A DNA stretch of 32,000 bases from Rhodobacter capsulatus SB 1003 (GTDB lineage Bacteria; Pseudomonadota; Alphaproteobacteria; Rhodobacterales; Rhodobacteraceae), in assembly GCF_000021865.1 (NCBI RefSeq), contig NC_014034.1:750001-782000 (forward strand), read 5' to 3'. The notes under the pieces were generated by a model. That model did not search any database. It was not told the origin of the DNA and saw only the letters and a list, made by a program, of their open reading frames with translations. Position 1 is the stretch's first letter, and each line of letters opens with the position of its first letter. Below are positions 8,379 through 18,089 of this stretch, piece by piece. The position numbers were made by a program, and so were the translations under genes.

Positions 8379-9379
8379 TGACTGACGCACCCAACCTGAA
8401 GGGATTTGACGCCCGTCTGCGGGAAGAAGCCGCCGAAGAGCCCACGCTCGAAATCCCCGAGCAACCGCCGACCAAGAAGACGCAGATCATCGCGATCTAC
8501 GGCAAGGGCGGTTCGGGCAAGTCCTTCACGCTGGCCAACCTGTCCCACATGATGGCCGAAATGGGCAAGCGCGTGCTGCTCATTGGTTGCGACCCGAAAT
8601 CGGACACCACCTCGCTTCTGTTCGGCGGCAAGAACTGCCCGACGATCATCGAGACCGCGACGAAGAAGAAGCTTGCGGGCGAGGAAGTGAAAGTCGGCGA
8701 CGTCTGCTTCAAGTCGGGCGGCGTCTTCGCGATGGAACTGGGCGGGCCCGAGGTCGGCCGCGGCTGCGGTGGTCGCGGCATCATCCACGGGTTTGAACTG
8801 CTCGAAAAGCTCGGCTTCCACGACTGGGATTTCGACTTCGTGCTGCTCGATTTCCTGGGCGACGTGGTCTGCGGCGGCTTCGGCCTGCCGATCGCGCGGG
8901 ACATGGCGCAAAAGGTCATCGTGATCGGCTCGAACGACCTGCAGTCGCTTTACGTGGCGAACAACGTCTGCAACGCGGTCGAATATTTCCGCAAGCTTGG
9001 CGGCAATGTCGGCGTGGCGGGGATCGTCATCAACAAGGATGACGGCACCGGCGAGGCGCAGGCCTTTGCCCGCGAAGTGGGGATTCCGATCCTGGCCGCG
9101 ATCCCGGCCGATGAAGAGCTGCGCCGCAAGTCGGCCGCCTATCAGATCGTCGGCAGCCATGCGACGCCCTGGGGGAAACTCTTCGAGGAACTGGCGGGCA
9201 ATGTCGCCGATGCGCCGCCCTTGCGGCCGCGTCCGCTGTCGCCCGATGCGCTGCTGGCGCTGTTTGAAACCGACGAGGAAACCCGGGTCGTCGATCTGGT
9301 GCCCGCGACGGATGAAGACCTGCGTGGCTCGAATGCCGCGCCGAAGAAATCTCTGGAAGTGATCTACGACGATGTCTGA
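8378..9379 (+). CDS. bchX: Chlorophyllide a reductase iron protein BchX (333 aa)
   Basis: NifH/BchL-like P-loop (IAIYGKGGSGKSF) and cluster cysteines (RGCGGRGI; VVCGGFG). The start overlaps the bchC stop as TAATG. Confidence 0.96.
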   Translation: MTDAPNLKGFDARLREEAAEEPTLEIPEQPPTKKTQIIAIYGKGGSGKSFTLANLSHMMAEMGKRVLLIGCDPKSDTTSLLFGGKNCPTIIETATKKKLAGEEVKVGDVCFKSGGVFAMELGGPEVGRGCGGRGIIHGFELLEKLGFHDWDFDFVLLDFLGDVVCGGFGLPIARDMAQKVIVIGSNDLQSLYVANNVCNAVEYFRKLGGNVGVAGIVINKDDGTGEAQAFAREVGIPILAAIPADEELRRKSAAYQIVGSHATPWGKLFEELAGNVADAPPLRPRPLSPDALLALFETDEETRVVDLVPATDEDLRGSNAAPKKSLEVIYDDV

Positions 9380-9424
9380 GCGCATTGCTGCGAAAGCCCG
9401 GGCCGCTTGCACGGAGGGCCGGGC

Positions 9425-10918
9425 ATGACCGATCTTCCGCAAGCCGAAGGCGGCTGTGGCGCGGGCAACGAACGTCTGGCCGCGCAGGCCGCCGCCGCGG
9501 GCAATGCCGAGCTGATGGCGCGCTTCAAGGCCGACTATCCCGTCGGTCCGCATGACAAGCCGCAAACCATGTGTCCGGCCTTTGGCGCGCTGCGCGTCGG
9601 CCTGCGGATGCGCCGGGTGGCCACGGTTCTGTGCGGGTCCGCCTGCTGCGTCTACGGGCTTTCGTTCATCTCGCATTTCTACGGCGCGCGCCGGTCGGTG
9701 GGCTATGTGCCCTTCGATTCGGAAACGCTGGTCACGGGCAAGCTGTTCGAGGACGTCCGCGCCTCGGTGCATGATCTGGCCGATCCCGCGCGCTATGATG
9801 CGATCGTGGTGATCAATCTTTGCGTGCCCACCGCCTCTGGCGTGCCGCTGCAGCTTTTGCCGAATGAAATCAACGGCGTTCGCGTTGTCGGCATCGATGT
9901 TCCGGGCTTTGGCGTGCCGACCCATGCCGAGGCGAAAGACGTGCTTTCGGGCGCGATGCTGGCCTATGCCCGGCAAGAGGTCATGGCCGGGCCGGTGCCT
10001 GCGCCGATCTCGGGCCGGTCCGACCGGCCGACCGTCACGCTTCTGGGCGAGATGTTCCCGGCCGATCCGATGGTGATCGGGGCGATGCTGGCGCCGATGG
10101 GGCTGGCTGTCGGTCCGACCGTGCCGATGCGCGACTGGCGCGAGCTTTACGCCGCGCTCGACAGCAAGGTCGTCGCCGCCATCCACCCGTTCTACACCGC
10201 CGCCATTCGCCAGTTCGAGGCCGCAGGCCGCGCCATCGTCGGCTCGGCCCCGGTCGGGCACGACGGCACGATGGAATGGCTGGCCAATATCGGCCGCGCC
10301 TATGACGTTTCGCCCGACAAGATCGCGGCCGCGCAGAATGCCTTTGGTCCCGCGATCAGGGGCGCGATTGCCGGGGCGCCGATCAAGGGGCGGATCACCG
10401 TTTCGGGCTATGAGGGCTCGGAACTGCTGGTGGCGCGTCTTCTGATCGAATCCGGCGCCGAGGTGCCTTACGTCGGCACCGCCGCCCCCCGCACGCCCTG
10501 GAGCGCCTGGGACAAGGACTGGCTCGAATCGCGCGGCGTCGTGGTGAAATACCGCGCCAGCCTCGAAGACGATTGCGCCGCGATGGAAGGGTTCGAGCCC
10601 GATCTGGCGATCGGCACGACGCCTCTGGTGCAAAAGGCGAAAGCGCTTGGCATTCCGGCGCTTTACTTCACCAACCTGATCTCGGCGCGGCCGCTGATGG
10701 GGCCTGCGGGCGCCGGATCGCTGGCGCAGGTGATGAATGCCGCCATGGGCAACCGCGAGCGCATGGGCAAGATGAAGGCCTTTTTCGAGGGCGTGGGCGA
10801 GGGCGACACCGCCGGGATCTGGCAGGACACGCCGAAGCTTTACCCCGACTTCCGCGAACAACAGCGCAAGAAGATGGAAAAAGCCGCCAAGCTGGCCAAA
10901 GCCGAGGAGATGATCTGA
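9425..10918 (+). CDS. bchY: Chlorophyllide a reductase subunit BchY (about 497 aa)
   Basis: NifD/BchN-like protein. GGAGGG at 9413-9418 precedes the ATG at 9425. The ORF-track TTG at 9407 is probably an over-extension. Confidence 0.92.
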   Translation: MTDLPQAEGGCGAGNERLAAQAAAAGNAELMARFKADYPVGPHDKPQTMCPAFGALRVGLRMRRVATVLCGSACCVYGLSFISHFYGARRSVGYVPFDSETLVTGKLFEDVRASVHDLADPARYDAIVVINLCVPTASGVPLQLLPNEINGVRVVGIDVPGFGVPTHAEAKDVLSGAMLAYARQEVMAGPVPAPISGRSDRPTVTLLGEMFPADPMVIGAMLAPMGLAVGPTVPMRDWRELYAALDSKVVAAIHPFYTAAIRQFEAAGRAIVGSAPVGHDGTMEWLANIGRAYDVSPDKIAAAQNAFGPAIRGAIAGAPIKGRITVSGYEGSELLVARLLIESGAEVPYVGTAAPRTPWSAWDKDWLESRGVVVKYRASLEDDCAAMEGFEPDLAIGTTPLVQKAKALGIPALYFTNLISARPLMGPAGAGSLAQVMNAAMGNRERMGKMKAFFEGVGEGDTAGIWQDTPKLYPDFREQQRKKMEKAAKLAKAEEMI

Positions 10919-12390
10919 TGTTTCTCCTCGATCACGACAGGGCAGGGGGCTATTGGGGCGCGGTTTACACCTTCTGCGCCGTCAAGGGTTTGCAAGTGGT
11001 CATCGACGGTCCGGTGGGCTGCGAAAACCTGCCGGTGACCTCGGTCCTGCACTATACCGACGGGCTGCCGCCGCATGAATTGCCGATCGTCGTCACTGGG
11101 CTCGGCGACGCCGAGCTGGGCCGCGAGGGCACCGAAGGCGCGATGAGCCGGGCGTGGAAGACGCTTGATCCGCTTCTGCCCTCGGTCGTCGTCACCGGCT
11201 CGATCGCCGAGATGATCGGCGGCGGCGTGACGCCGCAGGGCACGAACCTGCAGCGCTTCCTTGCGCGCACTATCGACGAAGACCAGTGGCAATGCGCCGA
11301 CCGCGCGATGACCTGGCTTTTCACCGAATACGGCATGACCAAGGGACGCATGCCGGGCGAGCGGATGCGGCCCGACGGGGCGAAGCCGCGGGTCAACATC
11401 CTGGGGCCCATGTATGGCGCCTTCAACATGGCCTCGGACCTGCACGAGATTCGCCGTCTGGTTGAGGGAATCGGCGCCGAGGTGAACATGGTGTTCCCGC
11501 TCGGCACCCACCTGAGCGAGGTCCGCAACCTGGTGAATGCCGATGTGAACGTGGTCATGTACCGCGAATTCGGCCGCAACCTGGCAGAGATTCTCGGCAA
11601 GCCCTATCTGCAGGCGCCGATCGGGCTCGAGAGCACGACGAAGTTCCTGCGCAGCCTTGGCGAATTGCTCGGATTGGACCCCGAGCCCTTCATCGAGCGC
11701 GAAAAACATGCAACTTTGAAGCCCTTGTGGGATCTGTGGCGATCTGTCACGCAAGACTTCTTTGCGACGGCGAGCTTCGGAATCTGCGCCACCGAGACCT
11801 ATGCCCGCGGCATAAAAGCCTATCTCGAGGGCGATCTGGGCCTGCCTTGCGCCTTTGCGGTGGCCCGAAAGGCCGGAGAGAAGACGAAAAGCGACGAAGT
11901 TCGCGGTTTGATCCGCCAAACTCGCCCTCTGGTGGTGTTCGGCTCGATCAACGAGAAGATTTATCTGGCCGAAACCAAGGCCGGCCACGGCCCTGCGGCC
12001 TCGTTCGTGCCCGCTTCCTTCCCCGGCGCGGCGATCCGCCGCGCGACGGGCACCCCCTTCATGGGTTACATGGGTAGCGTCTACCTGCTGCAAGAAATCT
12101 GTAACGGACTGTTCGACGCGCTGTTCAATATCCTGCCGCTTGCTTCCGAAATGGACAGTGCTGCGGCAACACCGGCAACCTTGCGTCGTGACATGCCCTG
12201 GGATGCGGATGCGCAGGCGGCTCTGGACCGGATCGTGTCGCAACACCCGGTTCTGACACGGATTTCGGCGGCCAAGTCGCTGCGTGACGCGGCCGAGAAG
12301 GCGGCTCTCGATCAGGGGGCTGAAAGAGTGGTTCTTGAAATGGTCGAAGCCCTGGGCGACGCGACCATGGATCGGAAGGGGGGGAACTGA
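10918..12390 (+). CDS. bchZ: Chlorophyllide a reductase subunit BchZ (490 aa)
   Basis: Starts [41 protein letters not shown] (NifK/BchB-like). The ATG overlaps the bchY stop as TGATG. The ORF-track start at 10573 lies inside bchY. Confidence 0.95.
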   Translation: MFLLDHDRAGGYWGAVYTFCAVKGLQVVIDGPVGCENLPVTSVLHYTDGLPPHELPIVVTGLGDAELGREGTEGAMSRAWKTLDPLLPSVVVTGSIAEMIGGGVTPQGTNLQRFLARTIDEDQWQCADRAMTWLFTEYGMTKGRMPGERMRPDGAKPRVNILGPMYGAFNMASDLHEIRRLVEGIGAEVNMVFPLGTHLSEVRNLVNADVNVVMYREFGRNLAEILGKPYLQAPIGLESTTKFLRSLGELLGLDPEPFIEREKHATLKPLWDLWRSVTQDFFATASFGICATETYARGIKAYLEGDLGLPCAFAVARKAGEKTKSDEVRGLIRQTRPLVVFGSINEKIYLAETKAGHGPAASFVPASFPGAAIRRATGTPFMGYMGSVYLLQEICNGLFDALFNILPLASEMDSAAATPATLRRDMPWDADAQAALDRIVSQHPVLTRISAAKSLRDAAEKAALDQGAERVVLEMVEALGDATMDRKGGN

Positions 12391-12391
12391 A

Positions 12392-12616
12392 ATGCAAAGC
12401 CAGCGTCTTCGCGCTCATGGGGTCCAACATGTCGACCGCGTGCCGCGTCCCGAGTTCGCGCTTTACTTTTCGCTGATCCTGATCGTCGCGGTGCCTTTCG
12501 CGCTGGTCGGCTGGGTCATGGCCCTGGTGCGCGAGCGCCGCATCCCCGAGTGCGGGCCCTTCGCCCGCGCCTGGCGCGAGGCGGGCGAGATCACGCCCGA
12601 GATTTTCCGGCCCTGA
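12392..12616 (+). CDS. pufQ: PufQ (74 aa), small membrane protein of the puf operon
   Basis: Sequence MQSQRLRAHGVQHVDRVPRPEFALYFSLILIVAVPFALVGW has one TM segment. The ATG lies 1 nt after the bchZ stop. It sits immediately upstream of pufBA. Confidence 0.9.
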   Translation: MQSQRLRAHGVQHVDRVPRPEFALYFSLILIVAVPFALVGWVMALVRERRIPECGPFARAWREAGEITPEIFRP

Positions 12617-12772
12617 GCCGGTACGGAATTCCGGCGGGGGCCATAGCCCCGTCGGGTCAAGTTCTCCACGGGTGGGATGAGCCCCTCGTGGTGGAAATGC
12701 GGGATGGCAGGTGCCATTTCGTTTGCCCAGCCGCAGGGAATGCGGCGTCAGTCTGCCAATCCGGAGGTTGTT

Positions 12773-12922
12773 ATGGCTGATAAGAACGACCTGAGCTTCA
12801 CAGGTCTTACCGACGAGCAAGCGCAAGAACTGCATGCCGTCTACATGAGCGGGCTGTCGGCGTTCATCGCCGTCGCGGTGCTCGCCCATCTGGCGGTCAT
12901 GATCTGGCGTCCGTGGTTCTGA
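12773..12922 (+). CDS. pufB: LH1 beta polypeptide PufB (49 aa)
   Basis: Sequence [49 protein letters not shown] carries the conserved BChl-binding His. GGAGG at 12763-12767 precedes the start. Confidence 0.97.
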
Positions 12923-12935
12923 GGAGAAACTGAAA

Positions 12936-13112
12936 ATGTCCAAGTTCTACAAAATCTGGCTCGTTTTCGATCCCCGTCGCGTGTTCGTGGCCCAGGGCGT
13001 GTTCCTGTTCCTGCTCGCGGTGCTGATCCACCTGATCCTGCTCTCGACCCCCGCTTTCAACTGGCTGACCGTTGCCACCGCCAAGCATGGCTACGTGGCT
13101 GCTGCCCAGTAA
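12936..13112 (+). CDS. pufA: LH1 alpha polypeptide PufA (58 aa); absent from the ORF track
   Basis: Hand translation gives [64 protein letters not shown] at 12921-12926 precedes the start. Confidence 0.97.
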   Translation: MSKFYKIWLVFDPRRVFVAQGVFLFLLAVLIHLILLSTPAFNWLTVATAKHGYVAAAQ

Positions 13113-13127
13113 GCGTTACTGAGCGTT

Positions 13128-13158
13128 GCGGGCGGGGCGAGAGTCTCGCCCCGCCCGC
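13128..13158 (+). promoter_or_regulatory. pufA-pufL intercistronic GC stem-loop (mRNA decay terminator / partial terminator)
   Basis: Near-perfect palindrome gcgggcggggcga-gagtc-tcgccccgcccgc, 16 nt after the pufA stop. It matches the established role of this hairpin in giving pufBA mRNA greater stability than pufLMX. Confidence 0.85.
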
Positions 13159-13244
13159 GACCATACCGCAAGACGCAACCCATCGGCACGATCTGAGGCC
13201 TTTTGCCGGGCCAAGGACCGTCCCGCAACAGCGGAGACACGGGC

Positions 13245-14093
13245 ATGGCTTTGCTCAGCTTCGAACGAAAATACCGTGTGCCGGGCGGCACCTTGATTGG
13301 CGGGAGCCTTTTCGACTTCTGGGTCGGACCCTTCTATGTCGGGTTCTTCGGGGTCACCACCATCTTCTTCGCCACGCTCGGCTTTTTGCTTATCCTTTGG
13401 GGAGCCGCGATGCAGGGCACGTGGAACCCCCAATTGATCTCCATCTTTCCGCCGCCGGTGGAAAATGGTCTGAACGTGGCAGCCCTGGACAAGGGCGGTC
13501 TTTGGCAGGTCATCACCGTCTGCGCGACGGGCGCCTTCTGCAGCTGGGCTCTGCGTGAAGTCGAAATCTGCCGCAAGCTCGGCATCGGGTTCCACATTCC
13601 GGTGGCCTTCTCGATGGCGATCTTTGCCTATCTGACCCTCGTCGTGATCCGTCCGATGATGATGGGGTCGTGGGGCTACGCCTTCCCGTATGGTATCTGG
13701 ACGCACCTCGACTGGGTGTCGAACACCGGCTACACCTACGGTAACTTCCACTACAACCCGTTCCACATGCTGGGCATCAGCCTGTTCTTCACCACCGCCT
13801 GGGCGCTGGCGATGCACGGGGCTCTGGTCCTTTCGGCCGCCAACCCGGTCAAAGGCAAGACGATGCGGACGCCGGACCACGAGGACACCTACTTCCGTGA
13901 CCTCATGGGCTATTCGGTCGGCACGCTCGGCATCCACCGCCTCGGCCTGCTGCTCGCGCTGAACGCGGTGTTCTGGTCGGCCTGCTGCATGCTCGTCTCG
14001 GGGACCATCTACTTCGATCTGTGGAGTGACTGGTGGTACTGGTGGGTGAACATGCCGTTCTGGGCTGACATGGCAGGAGGCATCAATGGCTGA
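13245..14093 (+). CDS. pufL: Reaction centre L subunit PufL (282 aa)
   Basis: Starts [37 protein letters not shown], the canonical L-subunit sequence. Confidence 0.97.
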   Translation: MALLSFERKYRVPGGTLIGGSLFDFWVGPFYVGFFGVTTIFFATLGFLLILWGAAMQGTWNPQLISIFPPPVENGLNVAALDKGGLWQVITVCATGAFCSWALREVEICRKLGIGFHIPVAFSMAIFAYLTLVVIRPMMMGSWGYAFPYGIWTHLDWVSNTGYTYGNFHYNPFHMLGISLFFTTAWALAMHGALVLSAANPVKGKTMRTPDHEDTYFRDLMGYSVGTLGIHRLGLLLALNAVFWSACCMLVSGTIYFDLWSDWWYWWVNMPFWADMAGGING

Positions 14094-15009
14094 GTATCAG
14101 AACTTCTTTAACCAGGTTCAGGTCGCCGGCGCGCCCGAAATGGGCCTCAAGGAAGACGTCGACACCTTCGAACGGACGCCTGCGGGGATGTTCAACATCC
14201 TCGGCTGGATGGGGAACGCCCAGATCGGGCCGATCTATCTCGGCATCGCCGGCACCGTCTCGCTGGCCTTCGGCGCGGCCTGGTTCTTCACCATCGGTGT
14301 GTGGTACTGGTATCAGGCCGGGTTCGATCCCTTCATCTTCATGCGGGATCTGTTCTTCTTCAGTCTGGAGCCGCCGCCGGCCGAATACGGTCTTGCCATC
14401 GCGCCGCTGAAACAGGGTGGTGTCTGGCAGATCGCCTCGCTCTTCATGGCGATCTCGGTCATTGCCTGGTGGGTCCGTGTCTACACCCGCGCCGACCAGC
14501 TCGGCATGGGCAAGCACATGGCCTGGGCTTTCCTCTCGGCGATCTGGCTGTGGTCGGTTCTCGGCTTCTGGCGCCCGATCCTGATGGGGTCCTGGAGCGT
14601 TGCTCCGCCCTATGGCATCTTCTCGCACCTCGACTGGACGAACCAGTTCTCGCTCGACCACGGCAACCTGTTCTACAACCCGTTCCACGGCCTCTCGATC
14701 GCTGCCCTCTACGGCTCGGCGCTCCTGTTCGCCATGCACGGCGCGACCATCCTTGCGGTGACCCGTTTCGGCGGCGAACGCGAGCTGGAACAGATCGTTG
14801 ACCGCGGGACCGCTTCGGAACGCGCCGCCCTGTTCTGGCGCTGGACGATGGGCTTCAACGCCACCATGGAAGGCATCCACCGCTGGGCGATCTGGATGGC
14901 CGTGATGGTGACGCTGACCGGTGGTATCGGCATCCTGCTCTCGGGCACCGTTGTCGACAACTGGTATGTCTGGGCGCAAGTCCACGGCTACGCCCCCGTG
15001 ACCCCGTAA
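14086..15009 (+). CDS. pufM: Reaction centre M subunit PufM (307 aa)
   Basis: Starts [21 protein letters not shown]. There is an 8-nt overlap with the pufL 3' end (ATGGCTGA). Confidence 0.97.
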   Translation: MAEYQNFFNQVQVAGAPEMGLKEDVDTFERTPAGMFNILGWMGNAQIGPIYLGIAGTVSLAFGAAWFFTIGVWYWYQAGFDPFIFMRDLFFFSLEPPPAEYGLAIAPLKQGGVWQIASLFMAISVIAWWVRVYTRADQLGMGKHMAWAFLSAIWLWSVLGFWRPILMGSWSVAPPYGIFSHLDWTNQFSLDHGNLFYNPFHGLSIAALYGSALLFAMHGATILAVTRFGGERELEQIVDRGTASERAALFWRWTMGFNATMEGIHRWAIWMAVMVTLTGGIGILLSGTVVDNWYVWAQVHGYAPVTP

Positions 15010-15021
15010 GGAGAAGAGACC

Positions 15022-15258
15022 ATGTCCATGTTCGACAAACCCTTCGACTACGAAAACGGTTCGAAGTTCGAGATGGGGATCTGGATCGGTCGTCAGATGG
15101 CCTATGGTGCCTTCCTTGGCTCGATCCCGTTCCTGCTGGGCCTCGGTCTGGTGCTGGGTTCCTATGGCCTCGGCCTGATGCTGCCCGAGCGTGCGCACCA
15201 GGCGCCCTCGCCCTACACGACCGAAGTCGTCGTTCAACACGCGACCGAAGTCGTCTGA
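15022..15258 (+). CDS. pufX: PufX (78 aa)
   Basis: Sequence MSMFDKPFDYENGSKFEMGIWIGRQMAYGAFLGSIPFLLGLGLVLGSYG has a single TM segment. It is the last gene of the puf operon. Confidence 0.9.
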   Translation: MSMFDKPFDYENGSKFEMGIWIGRQMAYGAFLGSIPFLLGLGLVLGSYGLGLMLPERAHQAPSPYTTEVVVQHATEVV

Positions 15259-15267
15259 CACCGCTTT

Positions 15268-15298
15268 CCCCGGCCGCGCCCGTGTCGCGCGGCCGGGG
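15268..15298 (+). terminator. puf operon 3' hairpin 1: perfect 12-bp stem ccccggccgcgc/gcgcggccgggg with a 7-nt loop
   Basis: Read directly from the sequence. It starts 10 nt after the pufX stop and is followed by tattccgttcc. Confidence 0.75.
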
Positions 15299-15305
15299 TA
15301 TTCCG

Positions 15306-15325
15306 TTCCGGGTCAAGGCCCGGAA
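15306..15325 (+). terminator. puf operon 3' hairpin 2: 7-bp stem ttccggg/cccggaa with loop tcaagg
   Basis: Read directly from the sequence. A third weak stem (ggggc/gcccc) follows at 15331-15346. Confidence 0.4.
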
Positions 15326-15438
15326 ACTCCGGGGCCCCACAGCCCCGATCCCTTCCCTGTTCATTCAGGCACCTGGTGCCGCAGGTCCGACCCCCGCGGC
15401 ACCCTTTTGGACCAGACAGCTCATCGGAGGACGCAACC

Positions 15439-17364
15439 ATGAGCGCCACGCCATCCCGCACTCCCCATCTTGACCGCGTGACCGGTCCTGCCGATCTCAA
15501 GGCGATGAGCATCGCCGATCTGACGGCGCTCGCCTCCGAAGTCCGGCGCGAGATCGTCGAAGTCGTCAGCCAGACCGGGGGGCATCTTGGCTCTTCGCTG
15601 GGCGTCGTCGAGCTGACGGTCGCGCTGCATGCGGTCTTCAATTCACCCGGCGACAAGCTGATCTGGGACGTGGGGCACCAATGCTATCCGCACAAGATCC
15701 TGACCGGCCGCCGCTCGCGCATGCTGACCCTGCGCCAGGCCGGGGGGATCTCGGGCTTTCCGAAACGCTCCGAGAGCCCGCATGACGCCTTTGGCGCGGG
15801 CCATTCCTCGACCTCGATCTCGGCCGCTCTGGGCTTTGCAGTCGGTCGGGAACTGGGCCAGCCGGTGGGTGACACCATCGCGATCATCGGCGACGGCTCG
15901 ATCACCGCGGGCATGGCCTATGAGGCGCTCAACCACGCCGGCCATCTGAAATCGCGGATGTTCGTGATTTTGAACGACAATGACATGTCGATCGCGCCGC
16001 CGGTGGGGGCGCTGCAGCATTATCTGAACACCATCGCCCGGCAGGCGCCCTTTGCGGCGCTCAAGGCCGCGGCCGAGGGGATCGAGATGCATCTGCCCGG
16101 CCCGGTGCGCGACGGCGCCCGACGCGCGCGGCAGATGGTGACCGCGATGCCCGGCGGCGCGACGCTGTTTGAAGAGCTCGGCTTCGACTATATCGGCCCG
16201 GTCGATGGCCATGACATGGCCGAACTGGTCGAAACCCTGCGCGTCACCCGCGCCCGCGCTTCGGGGCCGGTGCTGATCCATGTCTGCACCACCAAGGGCA
16301 AGGGCTATGCCCCCGCCGAGGGCGCCGAGGACAAGCTGCATGGCGTGTCGAAATTCGACATCGAGACCGGCAAGCAGAAGAAATCGATCCCGAATGCCCC
16401 GAACTACACCGCCGTCTTCGGCGAGCGTCTGACCGAGGAAGCCGCCCGCGATCAGGCGATCGTGGCGGTCACCGCGGCGATGCCCACCGGCACCGGTCTT
16501 GACATCATGCAAAAACGCTTTCCGCGCCGGGTGTTTGACGTCGGCATCGCGGAACAGCATGCGGTGACCTTTGCCGCGGGCATGGCGGCCGCCGGGCTGA
16601 AACCCTTCCTCGCGCTTTATTCCAGCTTCGTGCAGCGCGGCTATGACCAGCTCGTGCATGATGTCGCGCTGCAGAACCTGCCGGTGCGGCTGATGATCGA
16701 CCGCGCCGGGCTGGTGGGGCAGGACGGGGCGACCCATGCCGGGGCGTTCGACGTTTCCATGCTGGCGAACCTGCCGAACTTCACCGTGATGGCGGCCGCC
16801 GACGAGGCGGAGCTTTGCCACATGGTGGTGACGGCCGCGGCGCATGACAGCGGGCCGATTGCCTTGCGCTATCCGCGCGGCGAGGGGCGGGGCGTCGAGA
16901 TGCCCGAGCGCGGCGAAGTGCTGGAAATCGGCAAGGGCCGGGTCATGACCGAAGGCACCGAGGTCGCGATCCTGTCCTTTGGCGCGCATCTGGCGCAGGC
17001 GCTGAAGGCGGCCGAGATGCTGGAGGCCGAGGGGGTTTCGACCACCGTCGCCGATGCCCGCTTCTGCCGTCCGCTCGACACCGATCTGATCGACCGGCTG
17101 ATCGAGGGGCACGCGGCGCTGATCACGCTGGAACAGGGCGCGATGGGCGGTTTCGGCGCGATGGTGCTGCATTATCTGGCCCGCACCGGCCAGCTGGAAA
17201 AGGGCCGCGCCATCCGCACGATGACGCTGCCCGATTGCTACATCGACCACGGCTCGCCCGAGGAAATGTATGCCTGGGCCGGGCTGACGGCGAATGACAT
17301 CCGCGACACCGCGCTGGCGGCGGCCCGGCCGTCGAAATCGGTGCGGATCGTGCACAGCGCGTAA
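15439..17364 (+). CDS. dxs: 1-deoxy-D-xylulose-5-phosphate synthase (641 aa), the photosynthesis-cluster-linked copy
   Basis: Transketolase-like ThDP enzyme ([18 protein letters not shown]; [20 protein letters not shown]; [15 protein letters not shown]). GGAGG at 15426-15430 precedes the ATG at 15439. Confidence 0.95.
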   Translation: MSATPSRTPHLDRVTGPADLKAMSIADLTALASEVRREIVEVVSQTGGHLGSSLGVVELTVALHAVFNSPGDKLIWDVGHQCYPHKILTGRRSRMLTLRQAGGISGFPKRSESPHDAFGAGHSSTSISAALGFAVGRELGQPVGDTIAIIGDGSITAGMAYEALNHAGHLKSRMFVILNDNDMSIAPPVGALQHYLNTIARQAPFAALKAAAEGIEMHLPGPVRDGARRARQMVTAMPGGATLFEELGFDYIGPVDGHDMAELVETLRVTRARASGPVLIHVCTTKGKGYAPAEGAEDKLHGVSKFDIETGKQKKSIPNAPNYTAVFGERLTEEAARDQAIVAVTAAMPTGTGLDIMQKRFPRRVFDVGIAEQHAVTFAAGMAAAGLKPFLALYSSFVQRGYDQLVHDVALQNLPVRLMIDRAGLVGQDGATHAGAFDVSMLANLPNFTVMAAADEAELCHMVVTAAAHDSGPIALRYPRGEGRGVEMPERGEVLEIGKGRVMTEGTEVAILSFGAHLAQALKAAEMLEAEGVSTTVADARFCRPLDTDLIDRLIEGHAALITLEQGAMGGFGAMVLHYLARTGQLEKGRAIRTMTLPDCYIDHGSPEEMYAWAGLTANDIRDTALAAARPSKSVRIVHSA

Positions 17365-17384
17365 ACCCGCGCGACACTGCAAAG

Positions 17385-17422
17385 ATGCACGGACAAGGCA
17401 TAAATTCGCCGTGTCCGTGCAT
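17385..17422 (+). terminator. Hairpin after dxs: perfect 11-bp arms atgcacggaca/tgtccgtgcat plus inner ggc/gcc, followed by tttgg
   Basis: Read directly from the sequence, 21 nt after the dxs stop. It could instead be an operator for the downstream ORF. Confidence 0.4.
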
Positions 17423-17447
17423 TTGGCTTGCCTGCGACAAGGTGACC

Positions 17448-18089
17448 ATGGCACAGTCGGACAGGATCCTGCGGTCGGGCAGGAGACGAAGTCGGACGAA
17501 TGCCTTGAAATTCCAACAGGTTTATTACGTGCTTGACCCGGATGACCGGATCCTCTGGATCGGTGGCGAATGGGACGAGTTCGCGCTGGCAAACGGCGGG
17601 TCGGGCGCAGGCTCGAACCGCGTGCTGGCAACGCCGCTTGCGCGGCATGTCACGGGCGAGACCACGCGCGCCGCGCTGGCGCGGATGATCGCCGCCGTGC
17701 GCGATGCCGGGGCGCCGCTGCGCATCGACTATCGCTGCGACAGCCCGCGGTTGTTGCGCCGTGTCCAGCTGACGATCCAGCCGATGAAGGACGATCGCGT
17801 GCTGATGGTGCATGATCTGCGCGATGCCCGCGCCTTCGAGGTCGCCCTGCCGCCATGGCATGCCGATGAAACGGCCGCGGCGCGGAAATGTTCTTTCTGC
17901 GGCGCGGTGCATCTGCCGGATGCGGGCTGGAATTTCGCCGAGGATCTGGGGGCGGATCATCCCGCCGGGGTCGCTTACGTCATCTGCCCCGGCTGCGCGG
18001 CGCAGATCGACGAGGGGGTGGCCAGCCTGCGCCAGCGCCGGGCGCCCAGCACGCCGATGACCGGCGGCTTCGGCCCGGGCGCAGGTTAG
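17448..18089 (+). CDS. Hypothetical protein (about 213 aa): PAS-like N-terminal domain plus C-terminal CxxC-N28-CxxC zinc-ribbon-like motif
   Basis: High GC3 and a protein-like composition, whereas the antisense ORF is Arg/Gly-rich junk. Motifs are YYVLDPDDRILWIGGEWDEFALANG and CSFCG...VICPGC. The start is chosen at the ATG after a weak AAGG and is uncertain. Confidence 0.6.
   Translation: MAQSDRILRSGRRRSRTNALKFQQVYYVLDPDDRILWIGGEWDEFALANGGSGAGSNRVLATPLARHVTGETTRAALARMIAAVRDAGAPLRIDYRCDSPRLLRRVQLTIQPMKDDRVLMVHDLRDARAFEVALPPWHADETAAARKCSFCGAVHLPDAGWNFAEDLGADHPAGVAYVICPGCAAQIDEGVASLRQRRAPSTPMTGGFGPGAG

Noticed and set aside
8315-10861. Very long antisense ORFs. They include the 848-aa ORF opposite bchX-bchY, 718..1818 minus, 15643..17631 minus, 20495..22255 minus, 24978..26453 plus, 28642..29949 minus, 29978..31390 minus, 6039..7385 minus and 10840..12246 minus.
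   Set aside because: Their translations are Arg/Gly/Pro/His-rich and low in complexity, with no recognisable domains. Each lies opposite a gene with strong family identity. In genomes with very high third-position GC the antisense frames lose stop codons, so these ORFs are compositional artefacts.
12000-12391. Search for the puf promoter and its regulatory sites inside the 3' part of bchZ. There is a locally AT-richer stretch around 12090-12150 (aagaaatctgtaacggactgttcgacgcgctgttcaatatcc).
   Set aside because: A promoter is expected here from established knowledge. I could not recognise a convincing -35/-10 pair, a TGT-N12-ACA site or a RegA-type site by eye, and the stretch is also ordinary BchZ coding sequence. 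It is not reported as a feature.
15282-15473. A 63-aa basic ORF in the pufX-dxs spacer that overlaps the dxs start.
   Set aside because: It has no RBS, overlaps the terminator hairpins and the dxs start in another frame, and has a spurious-looking composition.
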